Made by a program: the position numbers and the translations under genes | Assembly (NCBI GenBank): GCA_965197405.1 | Contig: OZ240206.1 | Span: 2,251,096-2,315,095, forward strand | DNA: 64,000 nucleotides | Direction: 5' to 3' | Origin: Dehalococcoidia bacterium | Lineage (GTDB): Bacteria; Chloroflexota; Dehalococcoidia; Lucifugimonadales; JAGWBF01 | Shown here: positions 37,303 through 46,336 of the stretch, in pieces | Layout of the letters: the number at the start of each line of letters is the position of its first letter | Position numbering within the stretch: the first letter of the stretch is position 1 | Notes under the pieces: model-generated | What the model was told of the DNA's origin: nothing | What the model saw: only the letters and a program-made list of their open reading frames with translations | Databases searched by the model: none

Positions 37303-38979
37303 TTACATCCGCTCCGGCGCTTCCATCCCCATCAGGTCGAGGGTCCTTGAGAGGACTATTTGGGCCGCCTCCACCAGCTTCAGCCTTGCGAGGGTGAGGG
37401 GGTAGTCGGCGGGGTCGTTGGAGAGGACGCGGCAGTTCTCGTAGAACCAGTGGAGGGCCGTCGCCAAGTCCAGGGCGTAGTGGGGCAGGTGGTGAGGCTC
37501 CAGGGTGCGGGCCATGCTCTCCACCAACTCCGGCAGAAGGGCCATCTTGCGTATCAGCGCCAGCTCGGTGGGGTCTGCAAGGAGAGATACATCCCCTTGG
37601 CTCCACTCTATACCCCTCTCCCTAGCGTTGCCAAGGATGCCGAAGATACGCGCGTGGCCGTACTGTACATAGTACACCGGGTTTTCCGAAGACTCCTTTT
37701 TCGCCAGCTCCATGTCGAACTCCATCTGCGTCTCCGGGGTGCGCGACAGGAAGAAATAGCGGCAGGCATCGGCGCCGACCTCATCGGCCAGCTCGCGAAG
37801 GGTGATGAACTCCCCGGCCCGCTTGGACGCTCTGACCACCTCCTGGCCGCGCCTGAGAGTCACCATCTGGGAAATCATGATGGTAAGCCTCTTGGGGTCT
37901 ATGCCCAGGGCGGTAACCGCGGCCTTCATCCGGGGAACGTGCCCCTGGTGGTCCGCCCCCCAGATGTTTATGGCCTGGGCGTAGCCCCGTTGGAGGAACT
38001 TGTTGCGATGGTAGGCGATGTCCGAGGCGAAGTAGGTCGGGGCGCCCGTTGAGCGCACCAGCACGTTGTCCTTGTCCTCTCCCAATGCCGTGGAGGCAAA
38101 CCACTGAGCGCCCTCGCGTTCCAGGATATATTCCCCCTGGCGCAGCATGCTCATGGCCCTCTCGTACTCCCCGTCGTCGTAGAGGGTCCCCTCGCTGAAC
38201 CAGTTGTCGAACTCCACCCGTATGTGGCGCAGGTCATCTCGTATGAGCCGGACCATCTTCTCGCGTCCTATCCTGCCCAGCTCTCGCAGCGCGTCTTCCT
38301 CCCTCATGGCGAGGAACCGGTCTCCCTCTTCGTCCACCACCTCTTGTGCCAGGTTCAGGATGTAAGAACCCATGTAGCCGTTGGAGGGCAACTCCGCCTC
38401 GTGACCGAGGACCTGCTTGTAGCGAGCGTAGACCGAGCCGTAGAAGGCCTCCATCTGGCTGCCCGCATCGTTGATGTAATACTCGCGGGTCACGGAGTAG
38501 CCGGCCGCCTCCAGCACCCTGGACAGGGCGCTGCCCAGTACCGCGCCCCTGGTGTGGCCCACGTGCACCGGCCCGGTGGGATTGACGCTCACGAACTCGA
38601 CTATGACCGTCTCTCCGGCCCCGACCTGCAAGTCTCCGTAGCTTTGCCCCGCCTCGCGAATGGCCTCCACCTGCCCCGCAAGCCACTCCTCCCTCAGCCG
38701 GAAGTTAATGAAGCCGGGCGCCGCCGCCCAGACCTGTTCTATTTCCTCTCCTAGAGAGACGAACTTCACCAGCTCCTCAGCTATCTTCATGGGATTTATG
38801 CGAGTGGCGCGGGCCAATCGCAGGGGGAGGCTGGTGGCGAAGTCCCCGTGCTGGGGGTTAGAGGGATGTTCCACTGCGACCGGCGGCAGGGTGTCCAGGT
38901 GAAGGATACCCTCTCTGCGGGCATCCTCCACCGCATTCTGGATTTTTTCCACGATGAAGTCTCGAATAATCCGTCCCAC
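37303..38979 (-). CDS. argS: arginyl-tRNA synthetase
   Basis: Class I HIGH-type motif PTGPVHVGHTRGA and a DALR anticodon-binding C-terminus. 558 aa. Confidence 0.9.
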   Translation of the reverse strand: MGRIIRDFIVEKIQNAVEDARREGILHLDTLPPVAVEHPSNPQHGDFATSLPLRLARATRINPMKIAEELVKFVSLGEEIEQVWAAAPGFINFRLREEWLAGQVEAIREAGQSYGDLQVGAGETVIVEFVSVNPTGPVHVGHTRGAVLGSALSRVLEAAGYSVTREYYINDAGSQMEAFYGSVYARYKQVLGHEAELPSNGYMGSYILNLAQEVVDEEGDRFLAMREEDALRELGRIGREKMVRLIRDDLRHIRVEFDNWFSEGTLYDDGEYERAMSMLRQGEYILEREGAQWFASTALGEDKDNVLVRSTGAPTYFASDIAYHRNKFLQRGYAQAINIWGADHQGHVPRMKAAVTALGIDPKRLTIMISQMVTLRRGQEVVRASKRAGEFITLRELADEVGADACRYFFLSRTPETQMEFDMELAKKESSENPVYYVQYGHARIFGILGNARERGIEWSQGDVSLLADPTELALIRKMALLPELVESMARTLEPHHLPHYALDLATALHWFYENCRVLSNDPADYPLTLARLKLVEAAQIVLSRTLDLMGMEAPERM

Positions 38980-38997
38980 AGCTAGTGTGCTACCTCT

Positions 38998-39891
38998 TTA
39001 GCTAATATTCAGGCGGTCGTATTGGGAGTCCGTTGATGAGGACGAGAAAGGAGGCCTCGGAGGACCGCCTCTCCGGGCATCGGTGAGATTCTCTTCCACT
39101 TTCGGGGAAGCAGCCTGGTCCAATGCCATCCCGCAGGACCTGCAGAGTTTCCAGGCTCCTTCGTTGTCCGCCATGCAATGGGGACAAGCCTTCCGTACCA
39201 CCCTTGACTCTCTGACCAGCCCCCTGCCCAGAGGAGGTTGATTGTTGTTAGGGTCGAACTTAATCTCGAAGAACCGGTTTACCAGCCTATGCACATCTTC
39301 GCCGGCCCTGGCGCTTTTGTATGGAAAGGAGAGCTCGTAGCTGCCTCCTTGGAATGTGACGTTGCCCTCCGTCTCCCAGAAGAAGTGCTTGGCTATAAAA
39401 AACACTCCTATGAATATGATCGCGGCCCCCAACGCTGAGGCTATGGTTATCCCGTCCAGGATGTAGCCCACTATGAAGTACGCAAGGATGCCTACAAGTA
39501 TCAGCGCCAAGCCCTGGGATAGGTTCTTGACGCCCCTCGTGCTCGACTTCACCGACACCGCCTTCAAGTCCTCCACCGAGGCAAGCAACATCTCCTTGTT
39601 GCCATTGCTCGCAGCAAAGGACATTATCCGGCGGTTCGTGAGCACCATCAACTGGCCCTTCTGCGGAGTATTCGCCACTAGGCCGTCATAGGGCACAAAC
39701 CGCTCTTCTATCCGCTCTCCCTCGAGGAGCGGGAGCTCCCTTATGGAGTATTGGTCTGTCGTCGTCTGTTGTTGCCGGTAAAGCATTCCCTTATCGCTAA
39801 TGCCGGTCCTGGAGTCCCGTTGTGAAGCCCTGAAGGGCCACAGGCTAATGGGGGCCGGACGCCTCAGAATTGGAACGTCGGACATTGCCAA
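38998..39891 (-). CDS. hypothetical membrane protein with C-terminal zinc ribbon
   Basis: 297 aa. Two central hydrophobic helices and CPHC..x11..CRSC near the C-terminus. Lies 18 nt upstream of argS. No family recognised. Confidence 0.5.
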   Translation of the reverse strand: MAMSDVPILRRPAPISLWPFRASQRDSRTGISDKGMLYRQQQTTTDQYSIRELPLLEGERIEERFVPYDGLVANTPQKGQLMVLTNRRIMSFAASNGNKEMLLASVEDLKAVSVKSSTRGVKNLSQGLALILVGILAYFIVGYILDGITIASALGAAIIFIGVFFIAKHFFWETEGNVTFQGGSYELSFPYKSARAGEDVHRLVNRFFEIKFDPNNNQPPLGRGLVRESRVVRKACPHCMADNEGAWKLCRSCGMALDQAASPKVEENLTDARRGGPPRPPFSSSSTDSQYDRLNIS

Positions 39892-39962
39892 GGGTGAAGG
39901 CCCCTGGTAGAATTATACTACCACAATCCCCCGAAATCTGCCCACTGCAACGAGCCTTCCCG

Positions 39963-40148
39963 CCAGGGCCTTTTGATTCTCGACGCTGGGCGAATATCGG
40001 CCCCCGTCGTGAGTCATTCCGAACGGAGCGAAGCGGAGTGAGGAATCTCAGAAGCGGGGGCTTATTCGAGAGCATGGATTTTTAGATTCCTCGCTGCGCT
40101 CGGAATGACATGAGAGGGGGTGCAGGGTATTTTTATGATAAGCCCTGG
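39963..40148 (-). mobile_element. MITE-like element, inverted orientation (186 bp), ending 2 nt before the SD of the next gene
   Basis: Reads CCAGGGCCTTTTGATTCTCGAC..GTCATTCCGAACGGAGCGAAGCGGAGTGAGGAATCTCAG..TTTAGATTCCTCGCTGCGCTCGGAATGAC..TATGATAAGCCCTGG. Confidence 0.75.
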
Positions 40149-40165
40149 AGAAAGGAGCATTCCTG

Positions 40166-41653
40166 ATGGCCACAAAGAGGTCCTTTGTAGGTAACGTCAA
40201 CGCGCCCGACTTTCCGGTCGGTCTCGACTGGGTGAATACGGATAGGCCCCTCAGCCTTCAAGACCTGCGGGGCAAGCTGGTTATCCTCGACTTCTGGACC
40301 TACTGTTGAGTCAACTGTATGCACGTATTTCCGCAGTTGCGGGAACTGGAGCACAAATACAGGGACGAGCTTGTCGTGATAGGGGTGCACTCGGCTAAGT
40401 TCACCTCGGAGCGGGACACGGATAACCTTCGCAAGGCCGTGCTGCGCTATGAGCTGGAGCACCCGGTGATAAACGACGGCGAGTTCAACGTCTGGAAGCA
40501 GTACTACTGCCGCGCCTGGCCCACGCTGATATTCATAGACCCCCATGGCAAGATTATAGGGAAGCACGAGGGAGAGATTACCTTCGAGGACTTTGACCCC
40601 CTCATTCAGCAGATGGTGGAGGAGTTCGACGAGCAGGGCATGGTTGACCGCGCCCCTTTGGACTACAAGGTGGAGGAAGAGAGAAAGTCGCTGCTATCCT
40701 TCCCCGGTAAGCTGCTGGCCGACGAGACTTCGGGCAGGCTGTTCATATCGGACTCCAATCACAATCGCATCATAGTCGCCACGCTGGACGGAGAAATCCG
40801 GCAGACCATCGGCAGCGGAGAGATAGGCCTGGAGGATGGCGACTTCCGGAGCGCCCGGTTCGATCACCCCCAGGGCATGGCGCTGGACGGGGATGTGCTT
40901 TACATAGCCGACACCGAGAATCACGCGATCCGCAGGGCAGACCTGGCCCGTGGGACGGTGGAGACGGTGGCGGGCACGGGGCAGCAGGCCAGGGCGCACC
41001 GCCAGGGCGGCGAGGCCTCCTCCTCGGACCTCAGCTCTCCCTGGGACCTGACGCTGTACGACGGGACCCTCTACATAGCGATGGCCGGTATCCACCAGCT
41101 CTGGGCACTGGACTTGAAGGAGAAACAGGTGCGCCCATACGCGGGCAATGGGCGGGAGGCCCCGGTGGACGGGCCCCTGCTCTCGGCGTCCCTGGACCAG
41201 CCAAGCGGCATAACCACCGACGGGCAGAAGCTCTACTTCGCCGACAGCGAGGCCAGCGCCATCCGTTCCGCCGACCTCAGAGGGGACGGGCGCGTCAGCA
41301 CGATAGTGGGCCTTGATCTCTTCGTCTTTGGCGACGTTGACGGCACGGGGGACGCGGTCCGTCTGCAACACCCCCTGGCGGTACACTTTCACGACGGCGT
41401 CCTCTACGTGGCTGATACCTACAACAACAAGGTCAAGCGGCTATTCCCCCAGACCAGAAGCGTCCTTACCTTTGTCGGCGACGGCCAGCCGGGCTACGAG
41501 GACGGCGATGGGAGCCAGGCCCTCTTTCACGAGCCGGGCGACGTCAGCATAGCCGCCGGCAAGGCGTACATAGCGGACACCAACAACCACGCGGTGAGGG
41601 TGGCGGACCTGGATACGGGGGAGGTAAGCACCCTGGAGCTCAAGGGGCTGTAG
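40166..41653 (+). CDS. thioredoxin-like (UxxC) plus NHL-repeat beta-propeller protein; in-frame TGA 40307-40309 proposed as selenocysteine
   Basis: ATG 40166 sits behind AAAGGAG (40151-40157). 47 open codons encode the Trx-fold start ..[25 protein letters not shown]. Downstream are NHL repeats ([46 protein letters not shown]). The ORF track calls only 40319-41653. Confidence 0.65.
40310..40345 (+). promoter_or_regulatory. candidate bacterial SECIS hairpin(s) immediately 3' of the UGA
   Basis: Two mutually exclusive stems are possible. One is CAACUG (40312-17) with CAGUUG (40334-39). The other is UUUCCGC (40328-34) with GCGGGAA (40339-45), closing an AGUU loop. Confidence 0.35.
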
Positions 41654-41678
41654 GCGAAGATTCGAGTAGCAAGATAGG

Positions 41679-42932
41679 ATGAGTGGAGTGAACAACGGCC
41701 AGCCAGCCCCATTGTCCCCGGAAGAGGCGCTGCAAGCCCTCATCCGCGACCAGGACTTGGAACGCTTGGAAGACCTGCTCGCCGAATTCAATCTGTTCGA
41801 CGTACTGGGCATCGCGCGACGCGAACTCCAGCATTCGGCGCTCCTCGCGTGGCTTCTTGACCCTCGTGGCTCCCACGGGCTGCGGGACTACTTTCTTCGT
41901 AGATTTCTCTCAGAAGCAGCGGCGGAGGCGAGCGAACGGGGAATCGCGGACGTTACACCGCTCGACGTGGACGGCTGGAAGCTCAGCGACATCGAGGTCG
42001 CGACCGAGCGCCATAACATGGATATCATGCTCATAGACGAGGCCGATGAGTTCGTCTGCCTCATAGAGAACAAGATTGGGGCCGGAGAGCACTCCGGTCA
42101 ACTCAGCCGCTATCTGAAGAAGGTCGAAAGCGAGTACGAAGGTCTCACGCCGTTCCCAATATTCCTGACGCCGGATGCTATGGAGCCGGAAGCTGAGGAT
42201 GATGTCGAACGCTACGTCACCCTCGACTATGGTAAGGTCGCTGACCTCGTCAATCGGACGCTAGAGACGCGACGCTCGACCATCAGCGCCAGCGTTGCCG
42301 GCTTCTTGGAGCAGTACGTCCGTACCTTGCGGAGGCATGTGTTGGACAACGCCGATAACATTGACGAGTTGGCTCTGCGGATATACAACAACCATCAGGC
42401 TGCCATTGACCTCATCATCAACGCCAAGCCGGCCCTGGAGGCCAAGGGCTGGGATGTCATCGAAGCCGCGATAGCAAGCTACGCGCCTGGCCTGCAGTAC
42501 AAAGCCCACAGCAAGTCACTTCGCCAATTCTTTTCCCTCTCCCTGGACGAGGTGCCACAGTTAAAGCAGGACCACATGGTTACGTTCGATTTTCGGCGCG
42601 ACAGTGGTATGACACTTCACCTATATGTGCAACCGGGTCCGGAGGAAGTACGCGAGAGCCTCCTCCAACTCGCTCGGAATACCAAGCCCTTTCATGTGGC
42701 AAGGAAGTCTAGTAAGAAGTATAGCAGGATATATCGAAAGCCCATCCTCAGCCAACAGGACTACAACCCGTTTGATCCTGATGAAGCCAGGCCAAAGGTA
42801 GAGAAGGCCATTGACGAGTTCTACGACAACGACTACTGGACGATAGTGAATGCCATACGCGGGGAGTTTGGCTTGTCTGCCACTTCTCGCCCGGGCGCCC
42901 GGGCCCATCACCCACTGTATGAACGGCTCTGA
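41679..42932 (+). CDS. PD-(D/E)XK nuclease superfamily protein (orphan)
   Basis: N-terminal FNLFDVLGIARRELQHSALLAWLLDPRGSHG block and the D..(E)xK core MDIMLID-x9-LIENK (about 42021-42074). 417 aa. Confidence 0.65.
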   Translation: MSGVNNGQPAPLSPEEALQALIRDQDLERLEDLLAEFNLFDVLGIARRELQHSALLAWLLDPRGSHGLRDYFLRRFLSEAAAEASERGIADVTPLDVDGWKLSDIEVATERHNMDIMLIDEADEFVCLIENKIGAGEHSGQLSRYLKKVESEYEGLTPFPIFLTPDAMEPEAEDDVERYVTLDYGKVADLVNRTLETRRSTISASVAGFLEQYVRTLRRHVLDNADNIDELALRIYNNHQAAIDLIINAKPALEAKGWDVIEAAIASYAPGLQYKAHSKSLRQFFSLSLDEVPQLKQDHMVTFDFRRDSGMTLHLYVQPGPEEVRESLLQLARNTKPFHVARKSSKKYSRIYRKPILSQQDYNPFDPDEARPKVEKAIDEFYDNDYWTIVNAIRGEFGLSATSRPGARAHHPLYERL

Positions 42933-42950
42933 TTTGGATAACAAGCAGGG

Positions 42951-44144
42951 TCACAGCCCGGACCGCTTCGCCGCTGCCGCGAACCCCTCCATAGCCCCTT
43001 CCAGGACCCGGTCCTCCAGGCAGTAGGAGATGCGGAAGTAGCCCGGCGAGCCGAATCCCCGGCCCGGCACGGCGAGCACGTTGTATTCCTGTAGCTCTTC
43101 CACGAAGGCCACGTCGTCTTCCACGGGCGACTTGGGAAACATGTAGAAAGCGCCCCGGGGCTTGAATGTGGAGTAACCCATCTCTGTGAGCTGGCCGTAA
43201 AGATAGTCTCTCTTGCGCTGGTAGTCCCCCACGTCCACGCTGACGCCCTGGAGCGCGCGAACGGCGTGCTGCATCAGCGCCGGCGCGTTCACGAACCCCA
43301 GGATGCGGTTGCAGAACGTGAGGCCGTCCACAAGTTCCGCGCTCGCCTCATACGCCGGGTTCACGGCTATGTAGCCAATGCGCTCCCCCGGCAGGGCCAG
43401 GTCCTTGGCGTGGGAGTAGACGACCAGTGAGGCTTCATAGTGGGGAAAGACCTGGGGGTAGGTGAGGCCGTCGTAGATAATCCGGCGATACGGCTCGTCG
43501 CTTACGAGGAATATCTCCGTCCCGTACTGCGCCCCTTTCCGGCGCAGCAGTTCCCCCATAGCCTCAAGCCGCTCCGGGCTGTAGACCGCCCCCGAGGGGT
43601 TGTTGGGGGAGTTAATCAGCACGGCTTTGGTGCGCGGCGTTATCAGCCCCTCCAGTGCGCCGAGGTCCGGCTGGAAGCCCTCGTCGGTGGGGGCGATTAC
43701 CGGGACGCCCCCGTGGTTGTCGGTATAGTAGCCGTACTCCACGAAATAGGGGGCGAAGAACACCACTTCCTCCCCCGGATTGAGAATGGTCTTCAGGACC
43801 ACGTTGAGGGCCGCCGCCGCGCCGCAGGTCATGACGATCTCCCCCGTGCTGAAAGGGATGCCCGTCTCCTCCGCCAGCCCGGCTGCGACAGCCTCCCTCG
43901 TTTCGCGATAGCCGGCGTTGGGCATATACCGGTGCATACCCCTGATGGGGTCCTGGGCCAGCCTCCTGAGCTCCTGGTGGAACTCGGGTGGGGGCTCGAC
44001 TACAGGATTGCCCAGGGAGAGGTCGAAGACCTTGTCTTCGCCATACTGCTGCTTCAGGGCAATGCCGGCCTCAAACATGCGGCGAATCCATCCCCCTTCT
44101 TCCACGAAACGCTTTACTTTCTCTGATACCGCCATTTTCGCCAC
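42951..44144 (-). CDS. class I/II PLP-dependent aminotransferase (aspartate/alanine type)
   Basis: 397 aa with LINSPNNPSG and the YSHAKDLALPGERIGY (PLP-Lys region) motif. Confidence 0.85.
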   Translation of the reverse strand: MAKMAVSEKVKRFVEEGGWIRRMFEAGIALKQQYGEDKVFDLSLGNPVVEPPPEFHQELRRLAQDPIRGMHRYMPNAGYRETREAVAAGLAEETGIPFSTGEIVMTCGAAAALNVVLKTILNPGEEVVFFAPYFVEYGYYTDNHGGVPVIAPTDEGFQPDLGALEGLITPRTKAVLINSPNNPSGAVYSPERLEAMGELLRRKGAQYGTEIFLVSDEPYRRIIYDGLTYPQVFPHYEASLVVYSHAKDLALPGERIGYIAVNPAYEASAELVDGLTFCNRILGFVNAPALMQHAVRALQGVSVDVGDYQRKRDYLYGQLTEMGYSTFKPRGAFYMFPKSPVEDDVAFVEELQEYNVLAVPGRGFGSPGYFRISYCLEDRVLEGAMEGFAAAAKRSGL

Positions 44145-44322
44145 CCCCCAAGTGCTTCTAACTTACCTCTAATGTACTTTCGCGCCTACGTGCTTGCTAT
44201 GGAATATACCCCCACCCCGAGCCGATGTCCATCGTTGAATACGAAATAGGGGCTGGCAGGGGACCAAGACCTGATGTGAGGGGTGTCCGGGCCGTTATCG
44301 GGTGTCCGGGCTATTGTACCCG

Positions 44323-44351
44323 TTGACAGGCAAATCGTATCTGAGTATATT
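44323..44351 (+). promoter_or_regulatory. near-consensus sigma70 promoter upstream of tRNA-Met
   Basis: TTGACA (44323-28), 17 nt spacer, TATATT (44346-51). The tRNA starts about 85 nt downstream. Confidence 0.45.
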
Positions 44352-44435
44352 ACATGATGAGCGGGGAGATAGCCCCGGCCTGCCTGAAGCCCCTCGGCTG
44401 CAATTCAGGCCAGGGCCTCACCCGTCTGGAAAGAC

Positions 44436-44510
44436 GGCAACGTAGCTCAGGGGTAGAGCGGGCGCTTCATAAGCGCTAGGTCGTTGGTTCGAACCCAACC
44501 GTTGCCACCA
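44436..44510 (+). tRNA. tRNA-Met (anticodon CAT; elongator-type, or Ile2 if lysidinylated), CCA encoded
   Basis: GGCAACG TA GCTC AGGGGTA GAGC G GGCGC TTCATAA GCGCT AGGTC GTTGG TTCGAAC CCAAC CGTTGCC A CCA. The 1-72 pair is G-C, so it is not an initiator. Confidence 0.9.
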
Positions 44511-44808
44511 ATTTGCCCCGTATCGGTCCCAGCAGTACATGCTTCCCATCGGAATGTCTGCCTCGGCGTTATTCCTGGACTTCCAGAAAGACTATCTGGG
44601 GATAAGGCTTCGGGGAGTCGCAGGTATAGGTAATCCGCCACTGCGAGCAAAGACCCGTGCATTTCGTCTAGAAGAGACCATCGCTCATCTGTCCGCCCAA
44701 CCCCTCTGACTTCGCAATTGCCCTGGGATAACTCAGGCCGGATTGCCTCCCACGGACTGAAACTGTACAATTGGAGTGCTCAAGTAACTGTTTGAAGGAG
44801 GCCCGCAA

Positions 44809-45198
44809 ATGGCACTTACACTAGCAGAGGCAAACCGGATGATTCAGGCGACTATAGCAAAGGCAGAGGAACTCAACGTCACCCTTAGCATTGCAGTATG
44901 CGACGCAGGCGGGAATCTCCTGGCCTTCAGCCGCATGGAGGGCGCCAGCGCAGTTACCGCTATCGTTGCACAGGGCAAGGCAGCGGCCTCAGCTGGCTTT
45001 GGACGGGCCAGCGGCACTTTGCAGGCGGACTCCCCGGTTATACAGGCTATCATAGGTGCTATGGGGGGTCGGATGCTTGCCGCACGGGGAGCGGTGCCCG
45101 TATATAAGGATGGTGAACTCGCGGGGGCGATAGGTGGCAGTGGGGCCACCGCTGAACAGGACGAGGAGTGTGCCCAGGTTGGGGCGGCTGCCCTCTAA
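44809..45198 (+). CDS. GlcG/HbpS-like (DUF336) heme-binding family protein
   Basis: 129 aa with SIAVCDAGGNLLAFSRMEGA and GAIGGSGA motifs. Confidence 0.7.
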   Translation: MALTLAEANRMIQATIAKAEELNVTLSIAVCDAGGNLLAFSRMEGASAVTAIVAQGKAAASAGFGRASGTLQADSPVIQAIIGAMGGRMLAARGAVPVYKDGELAGAIGGSGATAEQDEECAQVGAAAL

Positions 45199-45280
45199 AT
45201 AAGCACTTCCTGAGGAAGAAATTGCCAGAGAGTATTGCCGATGCCAACGTACTGCGTACAATCTGAGGAGTATCTTGGCT

Positions 45281-45377
45281 CACCGTCTTGCAAGACCTGG
45301 TAGCAGTGCTTGCACACAAATGCTAGCGCCAGGGGCCTCTTCATGGCTGGCGATGCTTCCGCGCTGGGGTACCCGGT
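45281..45377 (-). pseudogene. decayed 3' fragment of a second copy of the zinc-ribbon gene (compare 46337-46437)
   Basis: About 95 nt align with the 3' part of ORF 46337-46549 (..GACCTGGTAGCAGTGCTTGCACACAAAT..). A 1-nt insertion (GAGGCCCCTGG against GAGGCCCTGG) breaks the frame. Confidence 0.5.
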
Positions 45378-45413
45378 GTATCGTTCATAGATTGTCAGAT
45401 GAAGGGCTATCTA

Positions 45414-45845
45414 TCAGCCCGCAGTCACTGACCCCGGCTCGGTCAGGGGTTGCAGTATGTCCAGGACAGTCTCTATCTGATCAAGTCCTCTACCAATGGC
45501 GTCGGGGCGCAAGAGCATCTTGCGGGTGTAAAAGAACCCGTGCAGTGTGTTAGCAACGTGCCACAGGCCGGGCAGTCGGGCATCGGGAGACAGGTCTTCG
45601 GCTTGGTACATCACTTTGAAAAACTCGTCGTGGGCCTTATATTGCCAGTCCTGGGCTTCCGCGACGGCCTTGGCCATCCAGGCAGCGGCGCCCCAACCCT
45701 TTTCCGACGCCTGGTGCAAGTCGCCATCGGCCAGGTACTCCCGCGCCTTGGCTAGGAAAACCCTGGACTGCCGACGGTAGTCGGCCACGGCGTTGCCATC
45801 CTGCTCATACGGTTCCATTGTGGACATTTGACTCATCCGGTGCAT
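45414..45845 (-). CDS. helical protein, PaREP1/HEPN-like by motif memory (paralog 1)
   Basis: About 140 aa with AREYLADGDLHQASEKGWGAAAW and LHGFFY motifs. Start is ATG 45836 or 45845. Confidence 0.5.
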   Translation of the reverse strand: MHRMSQMSTMEPYEQDGNAVADYRRQSRVFLAKAREYLADGDLHQASEKGWGAAAWMAKAVAEAQDWQYKAHDEFFKVMYQAEDLSPDARLPGLWHVANTLHGFFYTRKMLLRPDAIGRGLDQIETVLDILQPLTEPGSVTAG

Positions 45846-45902
45846 CCTCTCCCTGATGTGGGAAGCTAAACACCTCCACCTGTCAGATAAAGGGGCTATC
45901 TA

Positions 45903-46325
45903 TCAGCCCGCAGCCACTGACCCCGGCTCGGTCAGGGGTTGCAGTATGTCCAGCAGGACCTCGACTTTATCAAGGTCTTGACCGATGGCATCTGGGATCA
46001 GGAACATCTTGCGGGTGTAGAAGAACCCGTGCAGTGCGTTCGCGACATACCCCAGATCATGCACTCTGGCATCACGCGACAGGTTTTCGGCTTGGTACAT
46101 CACCCTGAAAAACTCTTCGTGAGCTTTGTATCGCCAGCCTTGGGCTTCCGCGACGGCCTTGGCTATCCAGGCAGCCGCGCCCCAACCCTTTTCCGACGCC
46201 TGATGCAAGTCGCCATCGGCCAGGTACTCCCGCGCCTTGGCTAGGAAAACCCTGGACTGCCGACGGTAGTCGGCTACGGCGTTGCCATCCTGCTCATACG
46301 GTTCCATTGTGGACATTTGACTCAT
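45903..46325 (-). CDS. helical protein, PaREP1/HEPN-like by motif memory (paralog 2)
   Basis: 140 aa. The first 53 aa are identical to paralog 1. Start chosen at MSQMSTM (46325); the ORF-track extension to 46424 overlaps the upstream gene. Confidence 0.5.
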   Translation of the reverse strand: MSQMSTMEPYEQDGNAVADYRRQSRVFLAKAREYLADGDLHQASEKGWGAAAWIAKAVAEAQGWRYKAHEEFFRVMYQAENLSRDARVHDLGYVANALHGFFYTRKMFLIPDAIGQDLDKVEVLLDILQPLTEPGSVAAG

Positions 46326-46336
46326 CCAAGCTATCC

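Noticed and set aside
44447-44770. 107-aa minus-strand ORF
   Set aside because: Its 3' third runs antisense through the tRNA-Met gene. It has no SD and no recognisable motif.
45414-46325. Catalytic HEPN RNase motif (Rx4-6H) or a diversity-generating retroelement acting on the paralogs
   Set aside because: Paralog 1 has R-LPGLW-H, but the motif is not conserved in paralog 2 (R-V-H..). There is no reverse transcriptase or template repeat in the window, and the differences are not adenine-specific.
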